Made by a program: the position numbers and the translations under genes. Under the pieces are notes generated by a model. It was not told where the DNA came from and searched no databases. It was given only the letters and a program-made list of their open reading frames with translations. Positions 1 through 8,815 of a stretch of 62,486 nt of DNA are shown here, piece by piece. Source of the stretch: Thermodesulfovibrionales bacterium (lineage in GTDB: Bacteria; Nitrospirota; Thermodesulfovibrionia; Thermodesulfovibrionales; SM23-35); NCBI GenBank assembly GCA_030019415.1, contig JASEEX010000007.1, positions 1 to 62,486 on the forward strand, written 5' to 3'. The number at the start of each line of letters is the position of its first letter. Positions within the stretch are counted from its first letter, which is position 1.

Positions 1-81
1 ATTTTTAAATGAGGCAACGATTCAGTTTTATATAGATTTTTGATGAGGCAATTCGAGTTATTATATCCTATTATCCTGTTG

Positions 82-90
82 TGATATAAT
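82..90 (+). promoter_or_regulatory. candidate extended -10 element TGATATAAT upstream of galT-glgA
   Basis: TGATATAAT read at 82-90. No convincing -35. The same nonamer recurs upstream of acyP at 23519-23527. Confidence 0.25.
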
Positions 91-101
91 AATCCAAAAT
101 C

Positions 102-162
102 CGTTAGGCGTTAAGCGTTAGGCGTAAGGGATTTTGAGACTCCTTGCGCCTGATGCCTTACG
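102..162. repeat. imperfect palindrome with arms built from 7-nt repeats (TARGCGT units)
   Basis: Left arm cgttaggcgttaagcgttaggcgtaagg, right arm ccttgcgcctgatgccttacg. gcgtaagg/ccttgcgc pair at 7 of 8 positions. Confidence 0.5.
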
Positions 163-185
163 TTTCACGATAGTTTGGAGGAAAT

Positions 186-1184
186 TTGTCCGAACTTAGA
201 AAGGACCCCGTGACTGGCCGCTGGGTTATCATCTCCGTGGAAAGAGGTAAAAGACCAACAGATTTTGTCTCTCCCTCCTCCCAGAGAAAAAAAGGTGGTT
301 TCTGCCCATTCTGCCCCGGTAATGAATATACAACACCGCCAGAGATACTGGCCTTTAGACCTCCTGATACAAAACCGAATTCACCGGGATGGGGATTGAG
401 GGTTATGCCTAATAAATTCCCTGCCCTCCAAGTCCATGGGGACTTGAATAAGATGGGAGAGGGAGTCTTTGATATGATGAATGGAATAGGCGCCCATGAG
501 GTAATTGTAGAGACACCTGAGCATTTTCAATCTCTCTCGACAATGCCATTAAAAGCGGTTGAGGATGTATTGTGGGCGTATTATTTCAGGCTTTCTGACC
601 TTAAGGGGGATGAGAGGTTTAAATATGTAATGATATTCAAGAATGAAGGAGAGGTGGCAGGTGCATCTCTTGAGCATACGCATTCCCAGTTGATAGCACT
701 CCCGATTATCCCCAGGCTTGTTAAAGAGGAGATAGATGCATCCAGGAGGTATTATGAATTTAAGGAAAGATGCATATTCTGTGATCTTATAAATCAAGAA
801 CTTGAAGACGGCAGGAGGGTAATATATCAAAACGGTGGTTACGTTGCCCTCGCACCCTTTGCATCGAGGTTGCCCTTTGAGACGTGGATTTTCCCAAAGG
901 CGCATGAACCCCATTTCTATCCACCTGAAGAGGATTTTTCGGGTCTTGCAGATATACTTCAAAAGGTCTTGAGACAGATGGACAGGATACTCGATATACC
1001 TCCTTATAATTTTGTAATCCATACATCCATTCTCCATGATGAGATAAATGAGTACTACCACTGGCATCTGGAACTTATCCCTAAGCTTACCAAGATTGCC
1101 GGTTTCGAGTGGGGCTCGGGATTTTATATTAATCCCACTCCTCCTGAGGAGGCAGCCAGGTTTATGAGAGAGGCAAAGATATGA
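186..1184 (+). CDS. galT: galactose-1-phosphate uridylyltransferase family protein (HIT superfamily)
   Basis: CPFCPGNE cysteine motif near the N-terminus and the HTHSQ (HxHxQ) active-site motif. GGAGG precedes the TTG start. ATGA overlap with glgA. Confidence 0.75.
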   Translation: MSELRKDPVTGRWVIISVERGKRPTDFVSPSSQRKKGGFCPFCPGNEYTTPPEILAFRPPDTKPNSPGWGLRVMPNKFPALQVHGDLNKMGEGVFDMMNGIGAHEVIVETPEHFQSLSTMPLKAVEDVLWAYYFRLSDLKGDERFKYVMIFKNEGEVAGASLEHTHSQLIALPIIPRLVKEEIDASRRYYEFKERCIFCDLINQELEDGRRVIYQNGGYVALAPFASRLPFETWIFPKAHEPHFYPPEEDFSGLADILQKVLRQMDRILDIPPYNFVIHTSILHDEINEYYHWHLELIPKLTKIAGFEWGSGFYINPTPPEEAARFMREAKI

Positions 1185-2629
1185 GAATACTGATTGCAAC
1201 TCCTGAGGCAGTACCTTATGCAAAGACCGGAGGCCTTGCAGATGTTGCAGGCGCGCTTATAAAAAAATACAGAGATATGAAAAAAGAGGCATATATTATC
1301 CTGCCTCTTTACAGAAAGATAAAGAAAGGAGATGTGCTTCTGAAAAATACGGGTTTAAAGATAAAAGTACCTATAGGAGATAGAGAAATAGAGGGGGGGA
1401 TATTCAGCGGCGAATCCTTAACCTACTTTATAGATTGTGATGAATTCTTTGATAGAGAGGAATTATATGGTACTCCTCAGGGAGATTATATTGATAATGC
1501 ATCTCGATTTATATTCTTCTCAAGGGGGGTACTCGAGACATGTAAGGCACTTAACTTCAAACCAGATGTAATTCACTGTAATGAGTGGCAGACAGGTCTT
1601 ATACCTTTATATCTCAAGACAATATACAGGTTAGATAAATTTTTCAAAGATACAGCTACAATGCTTACGATACATAACCTGGGATATCAGGGGCTTTTTC
1701 CAGCTTCTGAGATGCCCCTTACTGGTCTTGGATGGGAGCTTTTTAACCCTGAAGGTATAGAGTTTTATGGGAGGATAAATTTTCTCAAGGCAGGTCTCGT
1801 ATCTGCAGATGTACTGACAACGGTTAGTTACACCTATGCAAAAGAGATTCTAAAAAAGGAATCTGGTTTTGGCCTCGAAGGCGTTTTGCAGAGAAGAGAA
1901 AAAGACCTTTATGGTGTTATAAACGGTATAGATTATAAGGAGTGGGATCCATCTAAGGATAGGTTTCTACCCAAAAATTTTGATATCAAAAATCTTCAGG
2001 GTAAGAGAGAATGCAAGAGGCGGCTCGTAAAGGAAGTATCCCTCGACAAACTCGAAAGGCCCTTTATAGGTATGATCACCCGGCTCTCTGCTCAGAAAGG
2101 TTTAGACCTTGTTCTGCAATCTATTGAGGAACTCTTATCTTTAGGTGTAAACCTTATTCTCCTGGGCAAAGGGGAGGAGGCATTCCATATTGGTTTTTCA
2201 GAGGTTGCCAACAGATATAAGGGTAGGGTCTCTGTTACAATTGGATTTGAAGAGCCCCTTGCCCACAGGATTTATGCAGGTTCAGACTTCTTTCTCACCC
2301 CTTCGAGGTATGAACCATGCGGACTTGGCCAGCTTATTTCGATGAGGTATGGCAGTATTCCCATTGGGAGGAGAACTGGTGGGCTTGTAGATACTATACA
2401 GGATTATGACCCATTGACCTCAAAGGGAACGGGATTCCTTTTTTCTGACCATACCCCATCTGCAATGCTGGATGCTGTAAAGAGGGCACTCTGCGTTTAT
2501 ACTGATAAGGATAAAATGCAGAGGATAATCGTAAATGCTATGAAGATGGACTTTTCGTGGAAGAGATCAGCAGAAAGATACATTGAACTCTATGATTATG
2601 TTACTAAGAAGAGAAAGGGCATGGTTTAA
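1181..2629 (+). CDS. glgA: glycogen/starch synthase
   Basis: N-terminal KTGGLADV motif, 482 aa, GT5-like sequence throughout. Confidence 0.9.
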   Translation: MRILIATPEAVPYAKTGGLADVAGALIKKYRDMKKEAYIILPLYRKIKKGDVLLKNTGLKIKVPIGDREIEGGIFSGESLTYFIDCDEFFDREELYGTPQGDYIDNASRFIFFSRGVLETCKALNFKPDVIHCNEWQTGLIPLYLKTIYRLDKFFKDTATMLTIHNLGYQGLFPASEMPLTGLGWELFNPEGIEFYGRINFLKAGLVSADVLTTVSYTYAKEILKKESGFGLEGVLQRREKDLYGVINGIDYKEWDPSKDRFLPKNFDIKNLQGKRECKRRLVKEVSLDKLERPFIGMITRLSAQKGLDLVLQSIEELLSLGVNLILLGKGEEAFHIGFSEVANRYKGRVSVTIGFEEPLAHRIYAGSDFFLTPSRYEPCGLGQLISMRYGSIPIGRRTGGLVDTIQDYDPLTSKGTGFLFSDHTPSAMLDAVKRALCVYTDKDKMQRIIVNAMKMDFSWKRSAERYIELYDYVTKKRKGMV

Positions 2630-4690
2630 ATGGGGTTTGTGATGGATAAGGAGTACCTTCAAGGCATTATTGACAATTTTGCAGATGCTATCGTTATCTC
2701 TGACCTGAACGGTATTGTTACATCATGGAATATGGGTGCAGAGAAGATGTATGGCTTCACGAAGGAAGAGGTCATGGGGAGATTTTTGCCCTTTGTCCCG
2801 GAATTTCTTATCGGGGCTGAGAAGGAAAACATCGAGAGGATAAGAAATGGAGAGGTCCTGAAGGATCTCGATACTATCAGACAGAGGAAGGATGGCACGA
2901 TCACAGAGGTCAGCCTTACTCTCTCGCCAATAAGAGATGCAGAAGGAAGGATTGCAGGAGTTGCTTGCATCTCGAGGGATATCTCGGAGAAAAAGCGTGT
3001 GGAGAAGGAGCTGATAAGGAGAAACCAGGAGCTTTCAAGACTCTTCTTTATTAGTTCGGCAATGAGGGGAACACTTGAACTCGACAGACTTTTAAGGATG
3101 ATATTAACAGCGGTAACCATGAGTGATGGCCTCGGCTTTAACCGTGCAATCCTCTTTCTCGTTGACGAAAATAAAGGTTTGTTGAAAGGGACTATGGGAG
3201 TTGGACCTGCAAGCTATGAGGAGGCATGGCAGATATGGGAGAGGCTTTCCTTAGAGAAGAAAACGCTGTCTGATATGATTCATGAGATTGAGACAGGGCC
3301 GTTGAGAAAGGATTCATTTCTCGATAGGCTCAGCCTCGGTATAGAGATGTCTCTATCAGAGGAAACAATCCTTACAAAGACGGTTAAAGAGAAGAGGCCC
3401 TTTAATATTCAGAATGTAAAAGAGGAGTCACTCTCGGATGCTGTCCTCACACAGCAGTTAGGCACGCAGGCCTATGCCGTCGCACCTCTGATATCGAGAG
3501 ATAAGGTAATAGGTGTTATCTGGGTTGACAACCATTTTAACAGGAGACCTATCCTCGAGGAGGATATGAGGTTTTTGAGCGCCTTTTCGAACCACGTCGC
3601 AAGCGCTGTAGAGAGCGCAAAGCTCTTCGAGCAGGTTGTCCTCGCAGAACAGGAATTTGAAAACATATTTAAGTCAATATCAGATATGGTCTTTTTCACT
3701 AGTAAGGATTATGTGATCAGAAAGGTTAATAAGGCTGTCAGTGAAAGGTTGGGGAAACCGCCTGAAGAGATCATAGGAAAGAGGTGCTATGAGGTATTTC
3801 ATGGCAGGAGCGAACCATGGCCAGAGTGCCCTCATCAGAAAACTATCGAGACAAAAAAGCCCAATGTCGAGGAACTCGAAGAACCGAACCTTGGAGGGAC
3901 CTTCATTACCTCGAGCTCCCCAATATTTGATGGCACAGGGGAATTCATAGGTACGATCCATGTAGTCAGAGATATAACAGAGATTAAGAAACTAAAGGAG
4001 AAACTCGTTCTGGCGGAGAGGATGGTGGCACTCGGGGAGGTTGCGGCAAAGGTAGCGCATGATATAAGAAATCCTCTCGTTTCTATTGGTGGATTTGCAA
4101 GGAGACTCGAAAAGAATTTAGGGGGAAATCTTAAGGAATATGCAGGGATAATTGCTAAAGAGATTGCGAGACTCGAGGTTGTCCTCGGCGAGATTCTCGC
4201 CTTTGTCAGAGGGGTAAGTCTTGAAGAGCAGATGGCAGATGTTAACTCCCTTATAGATGAGGTTACTACTGTGATAGAGTCTGAGCTCGAAGAAAGGCAG
4301 ATAGTCCTTATTAAGGAACTTAACGCACCCTTCGAGGTGTATATGGATCCCGGTAATGTCAGAGAGGCCTTGCTCAATATCCTCACAAATGCTGTTCATG
4401 CTATCGGAAGCAACGGCACAATTGTTGTTAAGACATATGTGGAGAAAGACTCTGTCGTAGTCGAAATAAAAGACACCGGTCATGGCATATCAGAGGAGGT
4501 CATGCCGTTTATATTCGACCCGTTTTTTACTACGAAGGGTGCTGGCAGTACCGGCCTTGGACTTACGATCACACATAAGATTATAGAAAAACATAATGGA
4601 AGGATCGAGGTCGAAAGTAAACCTAACGTGGGAAGCACATTTAAGGTGTTTCTACCATTGAAAATTAGAGAAAAAGTAGGGGGGGAGTAA
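2630..4690 (+). CDS. sensor histidine kinase (PAS-GAF-PAS-HisKA-HATPase)
   Basis: H-box AHDIRNPL, N-box NILTNAVHA, G-boxes DTGHGI and GLGLTI. PAS-like and GAF-like N-terminal regions. An alternative start lies at 2642. Confidence 0.85.
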   Translation: MGFVMDKEYLQGIIDNFADAIVISDLNGIVTSWNMGAEKMYGFTKEEVMGRFLPFVPEFLIGAEKENIERIRNGEVLKDLDTIRQRKDGTITEVSLTLSPIRDAEGRIAGVACISRDISEKKRVEKELIRRNQELSRLFFISSAMRGTLELDRLLRMILTAVTMSDGLGFNRAILFLVDENKGLLKGTMGVGPASYEEAWQIWERLSLEKKTLSDMIHEIETGPLRKDSFLDRLSLGIEMSLSEETILTKTVKEKRPFNIQNVKEESLSDAVLTQQLGTQAYAVAPLISRDKVIGVIWVDNHFNRRPILEEDMRFLSAFSNHVASAVESAKLFEQVVLAEQEFENIFKSISDMVFFTSKDYVIRKVNKAVSERLGKPPEEIIGKRCYEVFHGRSEPWPECPHQKTIETKKPNVEELEEPNLGGTFITSSSPIFDGTGEFIGTIHVVRDITEIKKLKEKLVLAERMVALGEVAAKVAHDIRNPLVSIGGFARRLEKNLGGNLKEYAGIIAKEIARLEVVLGEILAFVRGVSLEEQMADVNSLIDEVTTVIESELEERQIVLIKELNAPFEVYMDPGNVREALLNILTNAVHAIGSNGTIVVKTYVEKDSVVVEIKDTGHGISEEVMPFIFDPFFTTKGAGSTGLGLTITHKIIEKHNGRIEVESKPNVGSTFKVFLPLKIREKVGGE

Positions 4691-4691
4691 C

Positions 4692-5042
4692 ATGAAAATA
4701 CTCGTTGTTGATGATGACCTGCATATCCAGAGGCTTTATAAAGAAGAGCTAACTGAGGAGGGCTATGAAGTTGTCGTAGCAGCTAATGGGGCTGAGGCAA
4801 TGGAAATGTTTGAGAGAGAGAGTCCCGACCTTGTTACGCTCGATATACGATTGCCTGACGCAGATGGTATCTATCTCCTGAGGCAGATGAAGGAGAAGAG
4901 ACCGAAGTTGCCCATTGTTATGTCTACGGCTTATGATTACAGGAATGATTTTTCTGTATGGGCCTCAGAGGCTTATATTGTTAAGTCATCAGACCTCGTT
5001 GAACTTAAGTCCATGATAAGAAAGTTGCTCGGCAGGGAATAA
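4692..5042 (+). CDS. stand-alone response regulator receiver
   Basis: 116 aa CheY-like protein with VVDDD acidic pocket, LDIRLPDADG phospho-acceptor context and no output domain. Confidence 0.85.
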   Translation: MKILVVDDDLHIQRLYKEELTEEGYEVVVAANGAEAMEMFERESPDLVTLDIRLPDADGIYLLRQMKEKRPKLPIVMSTAYDYRNDFSVWASEAYIVKSSDLVELKSMIRKLLGRE

Positions 5043-7018
5043 TGTCCCGAAAAATCTATCTTGAAGGCGCACCTTTAAATGAGGCGCTGACAAAGTGGTT
5101 TAGAAAGCTTGATTCTGAAGGGGTTGGAAGACCTCTTTCGGGTGAGACAATTAGGGTTGAGGATTCTCTCGGAAGGATTACTGCAAAGGCAGTTATCGCA
5201 AAAATCTCGTCTCCCTTCTATCACTCATCAGCAATGGACGGCTACGCCGTCAGGTTCGCTGATACATTCAGCGCCTCGGAAACTAATCCCAGGAGACTCA
5301 GGATAGGCGAGCAGGCGATGTATATTGATACAGGTGACCCCATGCCTGATGGGTTTAATGCAGTGATAATGATAGAGGATGTGAATATAGTTACCAGTCG
5401 GCAGTCAAAGAGTCAAGAGTCAATAGTCACTACTCAGAAGACTCACGACTCATTCATTGAAATAATTGCGCCTGTAACACCCTGGCAGAATGTGAGGGTA
5501 ATTGGTGAAGACATCGTGGCAACGGAGTTGATAATCCCTGAGAATCATAGGATAAGACCTGTTGATATAGGTGCAATGCTTGCAGGTGGGCATACGGAGA
5601 TTGTGGTCAGGAGGAGGCCAAGGGTAGTCATTATACCTACAGGAACGGAGATTGTAGAGCCGGGCACCGAATTAAAGAAGGGTGACATTATCGAATACAA
5701 CTCGAGAATTCTGAGTGGTCTTGTCTCTGAATGGGGTGGAGAGCCAGTGAGATTCAGGATAGTGCCTGACAGGCCTGATGAAATCAGAAAAGCGATACTT
5801 GAAGCCCTTGACATGGGAGATTTGATTGTTGTTAATGCCGGTGCATCTGCTGGTTCAGAGGATTTTACCGCAAAGGCTATGGAAGAGCTTGGAGAAATGA
5901 TGCTTCACGGGGTTAATATAAAGCCGGGCAAGCCTGTTATCCTCGGATGGGTGAAAGGAAAACCTGTGCTTGGAATCCCTGGCTATCCTGTATCTGCATA
6001 TATAACATTCCAGTTGTTTGCAAAGCCTCTTATCTACAGATGGCAGGGCCTTGAGGTTGAAGAACCGGAATTACTCAGGGCCAAGATTTCAAGGCAGGTT
6101 GCATCCACCCTTGGGCATGAGGAATTCCTGAGGGTAAAGGTAGGGAAGGTAGGAGATAATTTTATAGCAACTCCCGTTAGCCGCGGGGCAGGTGTGCTTA
6201 TGTCTCTGGTGCGCGCTGATGGCTTTGTCCGGATACCTGCCATGTCTGAAGGTATCGGGGCAGGCACAGAGGTGGATGTGGAGCTAATGAGATCTAAAGG
6301 TGATATTGAAAATACGATTGTCTGTATTGGAAGCCACGACAATGCCCTTGATCTGCTTGCCAATATATTGAAGAAGAGATATCCGAAGTTTTCCCTTTCA
6401 TCAGCCCATGTTGGCTCCATGGGTGGTCTTATGGCATTGAAAAAGGGCGAAGCACATTTAGCAGGAACGCACCTGCTTGATGGGGAGACAGGGGATTACA
6501 ATGTACCATTTATAAAAAGACTCCTTTCTAATAAAAGGATTATACTTGTAAATCTTGTCTATAGAGAGCAAGGCCTTCTTGTGCTAAAAGGCAATCCCAA
6601 AAACATAAAAGGATTTGAGGATTTAACAAGAGATGACGTTGTTTTCGTCAACAGACAGTCAGGTGCAGGGACGAGGCTTCTTACTGACAAATGCTTGAGG
6701 GAACTTGGTATAAACCCGAAAGATGTTAAAGGCTACGAAAGGGAAGAATACACGCACATGGGTGTAGCATCAGCAGTGCTTACTGGGATTGCAGACACAG
6801 GTCTTGCAATCCTTGCATCTGCGAGGGCCCTGGGGCTTGATTTTATCCCTGTTGCAAAAGAGAGGTATGACCTTGCTATATCTCATGAATTCTTCAAGAC
6901 TGAGATGCTACAGTATCTCCTGAAGATTATAAAAGAAGATGCTGAATTCAGGGAGATGGTGATAGGGCTTGGAGGATATGATATATCAGACATGGGAGAG
7001 GTGATGTGTGAAGCATGA
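5042..7018 (+). CDS. moeA: molybdopterin molybdotransferase MoeA fused to a C-terminal periplasmic-binding-protein-like domain
   Basis: MoeA-like N-terminal ~410 aa (SSAMDGYAV, GEDI, IPGYPVS), then a ~240 aa PBP-like tail. TAATG overlap with the receiver gene. Confidence 0.8.
   Translation: MSRKIYLEGAPLNEALTKWFRKLDSEGVGRPLSGETIRVEDSLGRITAKAVIAKISSPFYHSSAMDGYAVRFADTFSASETNPRRLRIGEQAMYIDTGDPMPDGFNAVIMIEDVNIVTSRQSKSQESIVTTQKTHDSFIEIIAPVTPWQNVRVIGEDIVATELIIPENHRIRPVDIGAMLAGGHTEIVVRRRPRVVIIPTGTEIVEPGTELKKGDIIEYNSRILSGLVSEWGGEPVRFRIVPDRPDEIRKAILEALDMGDLIVVNAGASAGSEDFTAKAMEELGEMMLHGVNIKPGKPVILGWVKGKPVLGIPGYPVSAYITFQLFAKPLIYRWQGLEVEEPELLRAKISRQVASTLGHEEFLRVKVGKVGDNFIATPVSRGAGVLMSLVRADGFVRIPAMSEGIGAGTEVDVELMRSKGDIENTIVCIGSHDNALDLLANILKKRYPKFSLSSAHVGSMGGLMALKKGEAHLAGTHLLDGETGDYNVPFIKRLLSNKRIILVNLVYREQGLLVLKGNPKNIKGFEDLTRDDVVFVNRQSGAGTRLLTDKCLRELGINPKDVKGYEREEYTHMGVASAVLTGIADTGLAILASARALGLDFIPVAKERYDLAISHEFFKTEMLQYLLKIIKEDAEFREMVIGLGGYDISDMGEVMCEA
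5395..5455. repeat. AGTCA/GAGTC-repeat imperfect palindrome inserted in-frame inside moeA
   Basis: cagtcggcagtcaaagagtcaagagtcaatagtcac...gactcacgactc. gagtcaagagtc pairs with gactcacgactc at 10 of 12. It encodes the low-complexity TSRQSKSQESIVTTQKTHDS. Confidence 0.55.
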
Positions 7019-7169
7019 AATCCGAAATCCTAATATCTAAATCCTAAGCAAATCCAAATGCTCAATTAAATCCAAATTTCAAAATCCAAATGACAAACTA
7101 CTTGAAATTTGAGCTTTGACATTTGAACTTTTATATTTTAGATATTGTTTAGAATTTAGGATTTCGAAT
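7019..7169. repeat. about 150-nt imperfect palindrome filling the gap between convergent moeA and nlpC-like genes
   Basis: tccgaaatcctaa/ttaggatttcgaa (12 of 13), atatctaaa/tttagatat (9 of 9), aaatttcaa/ttgaaattt (9 of 9). The left arm holds AAATCCAAAT-type repeats. Confidence 0.7.
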
Positions 7170-7898
7170 TTAGAATTTACTGTCTTCTTCTATAATTCTC
7201 TTCGCCCCTATAAATCTCTTGAGATAATAGGGAGTATTAAGGCTGTCTATAGTGACCTTTCTGCCCTTTTTTGAGGCATGTATAAACAGGTCATTTCCGA
7301 GATAAATACCTACATGCGAAGGGAAAGATGCGTATGTCCTGAAGAATACTAAGTCGCCGATGGAAAGGTCATCTTTTTCAACCATTTCTCCAACATGGAA
7401 CTGCTCTCTTGCTGATCGTGGCAAGTTAATTTCAAGAAGGCCATATACTTTCTGAACATATGCTGAACAGTCAATTCCCATGAGGCTGTTTCCACCAAAC
7501 CTGTAAGGAACATTTAATAATTTTTTTGCGAACAGGATAATTCTGTCCTGCAGCCCGATTTCGCTGAGTTCTTTAGATTCGGCTACCTTTTCTATCCCTT
7601 TATCTATGCGAGCCTGTGAGAGTATTGTCTCATATTTTTTTAGTTCACTCAATTCCTCTTCAGGTTTGAGAAGGAGTTTCTGTCCGGGTCTGAGTTTTAC
7701 TGATCTGAGGTTATTGATTTCCTTGAGTTCACTGACTGATATGGAATACCTTTTCGATATGGCTGATAGGGTATCACCTTTCTTTACAGTATGATATTTG
7801 GTCTCGTGTGTGGCTTCGGCTCTCTTCTCTGCGTGAGCATAGGCTGTAAGCAGAATAGAAAGGGTTAAGAGCAAGGTCAATAAATAAAATCTCTTCAT
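7170..7898 (-). CDS. LysM domain plus NlpC/P60 peptidoglycan endopeptidase
   Basis: Signal peptide, LysM (YHTVKKGDTLSAISKRY...), and NlpC/P60 catalytic context GIDCSAYV plus HVGIY. Confidence 0.85.
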   Translation of the reverse strand: MKRFYLLTLLLTLSILLTAYAHAEKRAEATHETKYHTVKKGDTLSAISKRYSISVSELKEINNLRSVKLRPGQKLLLKPEEELSELKKYETILSQARIDKGIEKVAESKELSEIGLQDRIILFAKKLLNVPYRFGGNSLMGIDCSAYVQKVYGLLEINLPRSAREQFHVGEMVEKDDLSIGDLVFFRTYASFPSHVGIYLGNDLFIHASKKGRKVTIDSLNTPYYLKRFIGAKRIIEEDSKF

Positions 7899-7912
7899 AA
7901 CACCTCCCGGGA

Positions 7913-8443
7913 TCAGGCTGCCTCTTCCCTCACGAGGTCTTTAAGGGTCGGCAGCTCTGTAAGGTCTTTTAAACCAAAACATTGCAAAAATTCCTTTGTT
8001 GTTCCATAAAGAAAGGGCCTGCCAGGTGCCTCTTTACGGCCTATTACCCTTATGAGTCTTCTATCGAGGAGGGTCCTGATAGCGCTGTCCGAATTAACAC
8101 CTCTTAGCTGTTCGATCTCGGCCCTGATTATGGGTTGTCTGTATGCTATTATGGCGAGGGTCTCGAGGGCAGGTATTGAGAGTCTGCTTGATAAATGGGC
8201 ACTTTTGAACTTCTTTACCCATTCCGAATACTCAGGATTTGTCACCATTTGGTAGCCATTTGCTATCTCAACTATCAGTAACCCTGTATTTCGCTCTTTA
8301 TACTGTGCCATCAACTCTTCCATAAGCCTTTTTATTTCAGACTCAGGGAGTTCTATCACATCCTTTATAGTGGAAGGCGTTATTGGTTCCCCTGAAAGAA
8401 ACAAGAGTGCTTCAAACACCGATATCTTTTCTCTGTCTTCCAT
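7913..8443 (-). CDS. scpB: segregation and condensation protein B
   Basis: EALLFLSGEPI N-terminus and 176 aa with tandem winged-helix-like sequence typical of ScpB. Confidence 0.85.
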   Translation of the reverse strand: MEDREKISVFEALLFLSGEPITPSTIKDVIELPESEIKRLMEELMAQYKERNTGLLIVEIANGYQMVTNPEYSEWVKKFKSAHLSSRLSIPALETLAIIAYRQPIIRAEIEQLRGVNSDSAIRTLLDRRLIRVIGRKEAPGRPFLYGTTKEFLQCFGLKDLTELPTLKDLVREEAA

Positions 8444-8492
8444 CGCAAAGCGATGGAAATATACCAGATAAAGGCAAAAAATTCAATCTTTT

Positions 8493-8660
8493 TTATTTAA
8501 TTTTTTCTTCTTCAATGATTTCCGTGGTTTGCTGCTTAATACGCCTTCTATCATATCCTTTCTCACCCTTTTTGGCTGTAACGGGATGGCTGCGGAGTTT
8601 CAAGGCTGCCTCGATAGGAAGGCGGGGTTTTGGTTTTTTCTTCTTTGTAGGTTTTTTCAT
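8493..8660 (-). CDS. small basic hypothetical protein (55 aa), absent from the ORF track
   Basis: Manual translation MKKPTKKKKPKPRLPIEAALKLRSHPVTAKKGEKGYDRRRIKQQTTEIIEEEKIK. Same strand as the flanking dapB and scpB. Confidence 0.3.
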   Translation of the reverse strand: MKKPTKKKKPKPRLPIEAALKLRSHPVTAKKGEKGYDRRRIKQQTTEIIEEEKIK

Positions 8661-8682
8661 TTAAATAAAAGATCCTGCTTTA

Positions 8683-8814
8683 CCCCGCACCCCATAAAGC
8701 CCCGCTCTTCCCCGGCCTCGCTCCGCGAAGCGGGGCGGGCAGAGCGGGGATGGAGGGGCGCATTAAGATCATCCTTTTTCAGAAAACCCCCGTGTTTTAG
8801 CACGGGGTGCGGGG
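8683..8814. repeat. MITE-like palindromic element (CCCCGCACC family)
   Basis: Terminal 11-bp perfect inverted repeat ccccgcacccc/ggggtgcgggg. Internal hairpins ccccgctct/agagcgggg and ccccgtg/cacgggg. It abuts the dapB stop. Confidence 0.65.
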
Positions 8815-8815
8815 T

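Noticed and set aside
549-1223. Long antisense ORFs overlapping clear genes (for example 549-1223, 3835-4386, 8907-9881, 24501-25460, 25871-26350, 29751-30179, 61929-62294).
   Set aside because: They sit opposite ORFs with strong family signatures, have low-complexity or Ser/Leu-rich translations and lack RBS context. I treat them as shadow ORFs.
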